Shown in pieces: positions 55,416 through 64,000 of a stretch of 64,000 bases of DNA; position 1 is the stretch's first letter, and each line of letters begins with the position of its first letter. A model generated the notes under the pieces. The model did not search any database and had not been told where the DNA came from. It was given only the letters and a program-made list of their open reading frames with translations. The position numbers and the translations under genes are program-made. The stretch comes from Kudoa neothunni (Eukaryota > Animalia > Cnidaria), in assembly GCA_964304625.1 (NCBI GenBank), contig OZ199840.1:841284-905283 (forward strand), in the 5' to 3' direction.

Positions 55416-55631
55416 TAGCTGAAAAATTTACACCCACCAAATAAAAATGGGATATAAATTTACCTCACTTTTTTTATTTAACAAAATTGCCTCAAATAAA
55501 ATTCTGCATTGGTTTACAAAATATGAGTAAAATTCATTGAGTAAACTTTGAATAAATGACCAATTATTAATGTTATATTCTTTATGTGCGCGTGCGTTAA
55601 TGTTGTTACGTTCCGTTGGAGAATGATTGTG

Positions 55632-57548
55632 GGAAGTGGCTATTTGCATGGAAGGGAATATCACCTAGAATATGTGAGATATTAAAAGTTTGATTTCACA
55701 TTTACAATAGGCTATATTTTTCCTACAAAATTTTATAAAATATTTTTAATAATTTTAAATTGAGAATTGGTTCATTAAAATCATATTTTAATCATCTTTC
55801 ATGTACCAAAACCGTACCTTTCTTGAGTTAATAACAGTATTCAAAGATTATTTACGGTATTCACTACAATTAATTCAAATTATTTACCCAATTGTACGTT
55901 ACAAACTCGAATGATGCATGCGTACGAGACAAATTTTCACACTTAATTCCGGTGGCTGCAAATATTTTATAAAAATGTGGTTGTCGAAATACCTCTTATA
56001 TTTTTAATGGAACGATCTTTTTACCGGTCGGTTGTTATTATCTTTTTAATGTTTTAATTATATGCTCTCAAGGTTGAAAATAATTTTATCGATTTCTTAA
56101 AATACTACTTTATTGAATTTATTGAGAGACAAATTTGTTAAATCAAAATTTTATTTTCTACAAATTTAATTCAATTCTTGATAATTTTGTAGAGAGCCCA
56201 ATAGCAGACGCTCTACTCATTTTCCTCCTCCTTATAATTTTTATTTTGGAGACTTCCTCCATAATAATATTAGATCAGTTAAGTGCCAGGCGAGTATAAA
56301 TTGATGGAAAGTTTCGTTGTTACTTAGAGTATCATATGACTGTAAATATGTGGTAACCATTACACGTTTTCTTTCAATTCTGATGGATTTCAGGTAACAG
56401 AAGAACGATATGAAGAATTCTTGCAGAGTTGAAAATTTTTCGACAATATTTTCGATCTCTCATTTGTCGATTCCAATCTATTATTTGTGAAATTTTTAAA
56501 ATAATTTTCAGCATTACTTAGTAAACGATCCATTCACTAACGATAGATTTCTACCTTTAATCAAAATAAATATCGAAATTGTAAATTCCATACCCATATA
56601 ATTATTCACATATGCGAACAACTTGATCGTTGCTAATACACAAACTGTTACATCTAAATTATTCATAATAGATCTCCACTTGTCTGAATTTATTCCATAT
56701 TTTCCTATTTAATTTTCGCGTTTGAATATTTGACAGAAATGAAACCTACATATCAAAAGGGAGAATATTCAAACGTCATCTTAAGGCACTTTCTGAGGCA
56801 TTGTTATTTATCTGTTCTTATCTGCTCTTATTGTTCATATTTTTGTTTTTAGCCAAGGGGAAACATCGACTAATTATTTTAATAGCCATTTGATCGAATC
56901 TTCAGATTCATCATACGATACATGCACTTGTTATCAGTCATGCTAAACGAATCTTGTAATGTTGTTATGAATAAAGATGCGCTAGACATAAATATAGATG
57001 CATCTAGCATATTTAATTTAAATGAAACGTGAGTTAAATAGTACAGTTTTCAAAAAGGGTATTCGCGGAGATTCACATTTTAAATTCCCCGCATAGACTC
57101 AACGTAACCAAATAGTTTAGCTTATAAAATTATTTTGCATAATAAGGAAATCTATGAATTTTACGATACAACTTAGATCAAACGAGAATTAATGCTCAAT
57201 GTAAGACAATTATTAAAATTGTGAGATAATGCGAGGCATGCAGCCAATGCTCAGTTTGCACAACGTCTAACTTGACGATAATCAATTTTATTGCAGGCAA
57301 TACAACTTAATTCGTTAATATATTGTGTAGAAGAAATTAATAATGTTACCAAATCAAGAAAAGTACGATTATGGTACATAAAATATGGTTAAAATATGGT
57401 TTTAATGGGAAAATTCTCCATTTAAAATTATTAAAAACAATTTATAAAATTTGATAGGAAAAATATAGCAAATTGTAAATTTGAAATCAAATTTTTAATA
57501 TCTCACATATTCTAGGAGATATTCCCATCCATGCAATTAGCCATTTCC
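55632..57548. mobile_element. Non-autonomous long-TIR (Merlin-like) element, copy 2
   Basis: GGAAGTGGCTATTTGCATGG ... CCATGCAATTAGCCATTTCC; same flanks as 33014-34981, so duplicated together with the segment. Confidence 0.65.
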
Positions 57549-58309
57549 AATTTATTATGATTTGGTGTTATCTTGTCCATCTAAAGTAAATAGCGATGAG
57601 CGCCCTAGAGGGTCTACATTAACAGTTGTTGGTATTTCTATAAAGAGAAAAAAAATAAAAATTAATTATATATGTGAAATAACGATTCTCAGTGGAAATA
57701 AAAAATTTCCTCTGTGTTATTAATAGCCAAATAAATAGCAGCATGATAAAAATAATATATTGTTATATAGCGAAAAGATAGGTTATTTAATATGTAGAAT
57801 ATTAGACTCGCAAAAATAAAAATATAACATTTTAGGGGTTATGTGAAGAATGCATTATTCATCATCTTAGGATTTATAGCGTTGCTTGAATCATGCGCTC
57901 CCCAGTAAATTTACATTAATAATTTTTGACATTTCACTCTGCGTTATGCATATTACTCATAATTAGGAAAAAGATAATTACATTTATAAATTAAACATTG
58001 CTAATAAACGATCTAAAAATAATTTTAACCATTAAATTATTACCATAAAATAAGAAAACTTGTTGCCATGGGTCTCTTTTAGGATACTTTAACTTTTTAG
58101 AAAGAAAGTCATTTATTAAGAAAATGTAGTTGAAATTTTTATAAACATGTTAGTTTAGGAGTAATTTCCTCCCGTTGCAATAACCACTGCCAAAAATATT
58201 ATAAAATAGATAATATGTATTAGCTTGAATTTGAATATAATATGTTTTAATTAAATAAATATCAAAGTAACGTGTTATATTTTTAATAATCCTCATCATC
58301 GAAATGAAT

Positions 58310-61295
58310 CTAATTTCTATTCTTCCAGTAACCAAAATAGAATCCTGCTCCAATAACAACAAGAGCTATTGGAACTACAGTAGCAATAATTCTAAATATC
58401 AAAGTTAAACAAAACATATCTACTTATTATACATTGTATTGGTTGATCTAAACAAATTTAAAACTAATATTTACACATCGAAGTTACGTAGATTTGTTGG
58501 AGGTTTCACCTATTATTTAATTTAAAAATTGATATAAGTAATCTTATTTTACCTTTATTAATTTTTTCAAGCCCAAATACATTACTTTGGACACTATGGT
58601 ATACTACCAACTGATAATTACTCGTGTCTTCAACATCGGAAATAACGAATTCCCTACAGGGAGGAAATACATCACAACCTTCACCGACTATCATGCATTT
58701 CTTAACTATTTGGTTGGATGGGTCGTCCAAATTTATTAATTTCCATTTACACAAAGAATTTTGGTCTACATCATTCGGTAAAGTCGTTTTCACATTTATA
58801 GTTGTATCTTCACGGGTAATTACAATTGTTATTTTCTTTGTGGGGTTCACATGTGGTGTAGCTGATGGATCTGAAATTAAATATTCATTATTGAATTAAA
58901 ATATAATTTTTAATTATAGTTTTATTAATATTTAATTAAATTTTTGAGGTTAATATATAATAAATTTTACTTTTGGGTATGTCTATTGTAGTTTCGGAAG
59001 ATCTTCCAACAGCTGTCACTAAAACTCTGTACTCTTTGTCTGCTTCGTATCCTTCAGTAAATATGATACTACTACAGGAAGGTGGTCCTTCACAAGATGG
59101 GATTGTAAGTTTATTAGTTGGTATTACTTTTTTTGATGGTTGACCTCTAGATCTAGACACCATAGGTTGTGAGAGAGTTGATTTCATATCAGATTCGGCA
59201 GTATTTCCTGTCGATTGTGGTGCTGGGCATTCATACAACATATCATATGTTTCCCCATTCTTTACTTTTACTTTGTAGTGGCATACAGCTTCGGCATAAG
59301 GTGAAGATAATGTGCCTACTACTTTAAAACCTTTTTCCAAAAATTGATTTTCTAATTTGAGAGTTGACATTTCTTAACAATTATAATTTAAAGTTAAATC
59401 AAAAATGGGAAATTTAGTACTCGTCCTTATTTGATGGACTTTAGAACCGTGCTCTTTGTGCGCAACAACCTTGAGATCGTAATCTGTTCCAGGAGCCAAT
59501 CCCACAATATTTTGAGTGTCTCTACAGAATCCTCTGCATGGATAACTATCCACACACATTGCACACACGTATACATTCTTTCCGCGGGGGCTGAGGTAGT
59601 AAGCACATGTTATATCTGATATGCCAACCGCCGTGTTAACTTCGAGAGCTTTAATGGAAAGATGGGTATCCCCTATAGTTGTTATTGCATCGGGGAAAAC
59701 ATTTTCAGTGGTTTCATCTATATATTATGTTATATATAGACATTATTCTATTTTCAATAAACTTGTTCTGAAGAATATATGTTCTTTAAAATTGGCTGGA
59801 ACAAGATTGTTAGCTGTTGCAGCTGATTTAATTACAAGGATATAAGGTTTTCCACTGGCAAGTTGGGATACTGTTAATGTTGAAGTACACTGAGTGTTAC
59901 AGTCGTCAGCCCCTGTTCCACATTTAGCCCCTGTACCTTCCCCACCAACCAAAGAAGGTTTATCGGCAGCATAATAACTTACAGTACACGAAGAAAATTG
60001 TGGGGTAGTAGATGGTTTGAATAAGCGTGTATCTAATGTAACACCTGAGGCAGTGTACGACGATAATAATTCGGCGGGAGTTTCATCAGTAAGTTTTTCT
60101 GTAATAACTAAATAAATATTATTTGAAATATTTAACTTTCTTATAAACCAAATTTTTTTTGTATGTATCCAAAGTATGTAGTTCCACTTTTTTTTATTTG
60201 AAAATGTCTAGATTGTATCAGTATTTCGACAATTGCTATTGACCTTTCGAACGTAAGCTCCACATTATCACATGGTGCGTAACATTCTTTATGTTCGCCC
60301 CCACCACAATTTGATATGTAATCATTAGTATTTCCAGCTACAACTGTAGAAGATTCGTCTTTTATACCAAATCGACAGATTTCAAATGGAAATTTATTAG
60401 TAAACTTAAGTAGATATTTAGTTTTATTTTCATCATATTTCACATAATATTGTGGTATGTAAACGGCGGTATTCATCAAAGTATAATTATTTTGCAGTTT
60501 ATAAAAGAATGATGGATAACCCACGCATTTCATTTCATAATGTGGGATCATCAAATCAAAATCTACTTCATTATTATTATCATTTCCTGTAACACAATCG
60601 GCTCCAGCGGTTCCGTCAGCGTATTTTACACCCTTATAGGAAATGGGGCATGCAACTTTTGGACAAGTTTTTGTTTTCAATTTCAGTTTGCTTCCATTTG
60701 TTGATATTGTAACTTGTGGGTTTACCAACAAACCTATAAATATATAGATGTGTAATATACACATTAACTACGTATGGCTAGACCAAAAATAGTTCCGCCT
60801 TTAATTTGTTGAGAAGCAGTTTGGGCTCCCACCGCCACAAAAACTCCAATATATTTTGTTCTTGGGGAAAATTTATCATACGTGAGTTTATTATCATTTG
60901 TATTACAGAGGACAACGCACTTTCCATTGACTTGTTCACCGCCAGTTTCGTGACATGGATTCATATCTAGATAGTTGTCCCCAGCGTCGTTGGACTTCTT
61001 GATATAGCAGTGGTTCGACTGAATAAATCTACCCCCACTCAATACTAAATGAACTTTCATATTGTCGCCATCCTTCACAATCTTATATGTAAGGGATTCT
61101 GGTTCAGCTGGCTGAGCTTGACCTTGGATTTTTGGTTGTGGTTGTGGTTGTTGTTCCTGTTGCTGCTGAGGTGGAGTGGGTGCTGTATCTTGGAGATTAG
61201 TTTTCGCTACATTAGATCGGTTTATTTGTTTGCTAGTAAAAATAGTTACCAATAACTGAAAAAATAATTCCTAATAAATAGAGAAATCCCTTCAT
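58310..61295 (-). CDS. Cys-rich FN3-like repeat surface protein, array copy 6 (appears intact)
   Basis: MKGFLYLLGIIFSVIA signal peptide; Q/P linker; same exon set; TM and WKNRN tail. Confidence 0.87.
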
Positions 61296-61855
61296 TTTGA
61301 TTTAAATAATCAAAAACGGATGTTGCCGTTATATTCATGGAGAACAATACAATGAATATATAGAAATTTAATAATACTCTCGTACCTATTATTAATATTA
61401 TTCTACAAAATTGTTTATCCTAACATTACATTTCCTATTTATGTTAACTAAGTATAGTTATCAAAAATTATTAACAAAAATAAAATGATTTATCTATGTT
61501 AGTATAAAAGTCGCTTCAAATATTATATTAATTTAAAAAATGACAAATGAATTAATTTAGAATCAATCAAATATCTATTTAAAATATTAAATAAATATTT
61601 TTATTTTCAATATGTCCTCTAACTTATTCAAAAAATTATTGCAATATTATTTTATTGTTTTCTTTATAATCATTCAAATTATAAAGTTCGCTTAAATTAA
61701 TACTCCCAATAAATTCGTTTCATCCATTTTTATACTCATTTTAAATAAAATTATTGATTTTTCTTAAATATGTTTTTTTCTTTTCATATTTAATCATCGA
61801 ATTCAATTATTTGTTGTAATTTATGTTTTTTTATTCTTTTTGTTCATCATAAATA

Positions 61856-63632
61856 CAGTAGGGAATCGATTTTTCCGTAATCCCCTTGGGACCACGGAAA
61901 AGTTACTGACAATATGTCAGCGACGTATTCAGTAAGTGCGCGCGCAGCTAAATAAAAAATTTACTTTTTTAAAAGAAATTAATCCCATTTATACGATCGT
62001 CTACCGATACTGAAACAATATATTAATTTATGTTATTTTAAATTTTATTTTTAAATGTGCATATCAATTTTATGATGTTAACTCATTATTTCATCAAGAT
62101 AAGTAATTCCTCTCTGTCGTATATTTCTCCCGCATGTTTAAATATTTAAATGAATCTTTTGATGATATAAATTCTACCACTTGTTCATCTTCAGTTTCAA
62201 AATTAGCAGATTCAACAATTAAAGGAGTTAGCTCGTCAAAGTGTTTTGATGTAAGCACAATGACTTTCTCTTGAATAATCTCGGTATTTCCAGCTGAGAA
62301 CACTTTCTTGCAAAAATTAACATTTGATGAACGCTCGAATACATCAGCTGTAGGAAACCCCCGTTTTCTAAAATAATTAAACTCAACTTCTTTTGAAATA
62401 TCACCGTCCAGAATTTTTTAATTAGGAACAATTTTTAAAGCGAATCTTTGGAGGATGTGTTCATATCACTACTAACTGCATCAATATGGCTTTTTATTAA
62501 ATTATTTTTGTAATTTTATTTGAATCAGTACATTATTCCATGGTCTAATGGTTGCAAAACCTTAATTGATTTTTTTGTGAGGAACATAAGAGAGATATTA
62601 GATAAATGAATTTATGCGACATGTGGCATTATTAAATAGTGGCGAAACTTTCTTGTACTTCGTTTTGAATACATTGTCAACGTTAGAAAGATATTTATTA
62701 AATGTTTCCCTAATCATCCATTCTTGTCTGTTTAATTTGTATTTTACTAGAAATGTTTTAGAATTTTTAAAATAACGTGGTTTTTATGATTTCTAATCAC
62801 AAGAGATTCAATGCAACCTCTAGGCGTAGATGCACGTAACAAAACAGTAACTATTTTTGGATTTGTTTCTCTCGACAAAACAGCATTAAAAATAATGAAC
62901 TACTTTGTTTCTACTAAAATAATGCAGTTTCGTCATGGTTATAAATACAGTCATCGTTGTTACCTTTGATTTAGTCATTCGAATTAGATTACAAATTTTC
63001 TACAAAACTTAAATCAACACAAGCAGCGTCACCATGGGAAGTGATAATTTTAAATTAAATCATGGGTCATTACTACGTTTAGGTTTAATTCTTTTGTCAA
63101 TTGGTTTCTTTCATGTATGATATCATGAGTAGACAGTTCAATTTTTTATCTCAAATAATTCATCCAGTCATATACTAATGTATCGATTTCGTGATTTGTA
63201 CATTGTTTAAAATTTTTTCTCTCTGAAGAACCCAAGTCAGTTTAAGATAAAACTATATCTTTCTTCCTAATCAAGATGGTATCTGGAATAGTAATAGAAG
63301 GAGTTGAAATTTACTAAAAGTAATATGTTTGCACTCTTGTTTAGTATACATTAAAAAAATCAATAAATTTATATTTTAGTTTTATTATTTCCTCATTTTT
63401 AAGTTTTCCAGACATTATAAATGTAGAAAAAGGAATACCACTAAATCCGCCTAGAGTTGAAAAGTTACGGAAAATCGGTTAAGCGCTAATAATGTGAAAA
63501 CCCCCTAATAAATGTTTAATTTTTAAAATTTTCATTGAAATGTAAAAATAAAATCAAATAAATGATTTGAAATATTAAAACAATATTCTAATGGAAGAAA
63601 CTCCGAAGTTACCGAAAATCGGTTACATACTG
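61856..63632 (-). mobile_element. Old pogo/Tigger element with decayed transposase
   Basis: Degenerate TIRs CAGTAGGGAATCGATTTTTCCGTAA and CAGTATGTAACCGATTTTCGGTAA. Minus-strand remnants HGDAACVD, QEWMIRETF and LQPLDHGI with many stops. Confidence 0.75.
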
Positions 63633-64000
63633 TGTCATGTTTCATTATAATAAAAATACTTTGAGAATTTAAAAAAATATACCTTGATGACGTACGATTT
63701 TTTTAGTTTAAATTTTTTTTTTAAATTTTTTATTAGAAATTAAGAAATTATTCAATTTTTATTATTAAAATTCAGGAGCTTAATTTTTAAAAATGATTAT
63801 ATTAATTTTGTTTACATTGAAGTATGTGTAAAACATTGAAAAAAAAATTAAAACTATATTAATATTATTTTATAAATATTTTTATATGCAAAAATTTTCT
63901 AACAAACAAATCAGCAAAATATTCAACTAATTGTGAATATTTCAGAATGTAAACATGATATGTTAATTAAGGTTATTACATTGATCGGTACATATATAAT

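Noticed and set aside
16072-61255. Recurrent plus-strand ORFs (MSSTSEITNSLQ..., ...LSVSTESSAWITIHTHC..., 22084-22656 etc.)
   Set aside because: Antisense shadows of the array exons. They recur only because the sense exons are conserved, and their lengths and stops vary between copies.
1-64000. CRISPR arrays, rRNA/tRNA genes, or a dedicated recombinase or reverse transcriptase for the array
   Set aside because: None seen. There is no regular repeat-spacer pattern, and the only recombination enzymes are transposases.

Overview
AT-rich eukaryotic genomic DNA with very short (~40-50 nt) GT-AG introns. This style suggests a compact invertebrate or parasite genome such as a myxozoan, but the taxon is inference only. 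The left ~11 kb holds the 3' end of a coiled-coil type I membrane protein gene, an RCE1-type CAAX protease and a TMX1-type thioredoxin membrane protein. From 15.7 to 61.3 kb lies a head-to-tail array of six minus-strand paralogues of an unrecognised 10-exon gene (845 aa when copy 1 is spliced by hand). Each encodes a signal peptide, a Q/P-rich linker, about seven ~100-aa FN3-like domains each with a 4-Cys module, two micro-exons, one TM helix and a 4-residue tail (R/K-NRN). The outer domains carry hypervariable Cys-bounded loops, the membrane-proximal part is nearly invariant, and the copies are patchwork mosaics of one another. This is the signature expected of a variant surface-protein family diversified by segmental gene conversion. 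Spacers are filled with DNA transposons (non-autonomous Helitrons, pogo/Tigger, Tc1/IS630, Merlin, hAT, piggyBac remnants, a possible SINE). Several have TSDs and empty sites visible in paralogous spacers.
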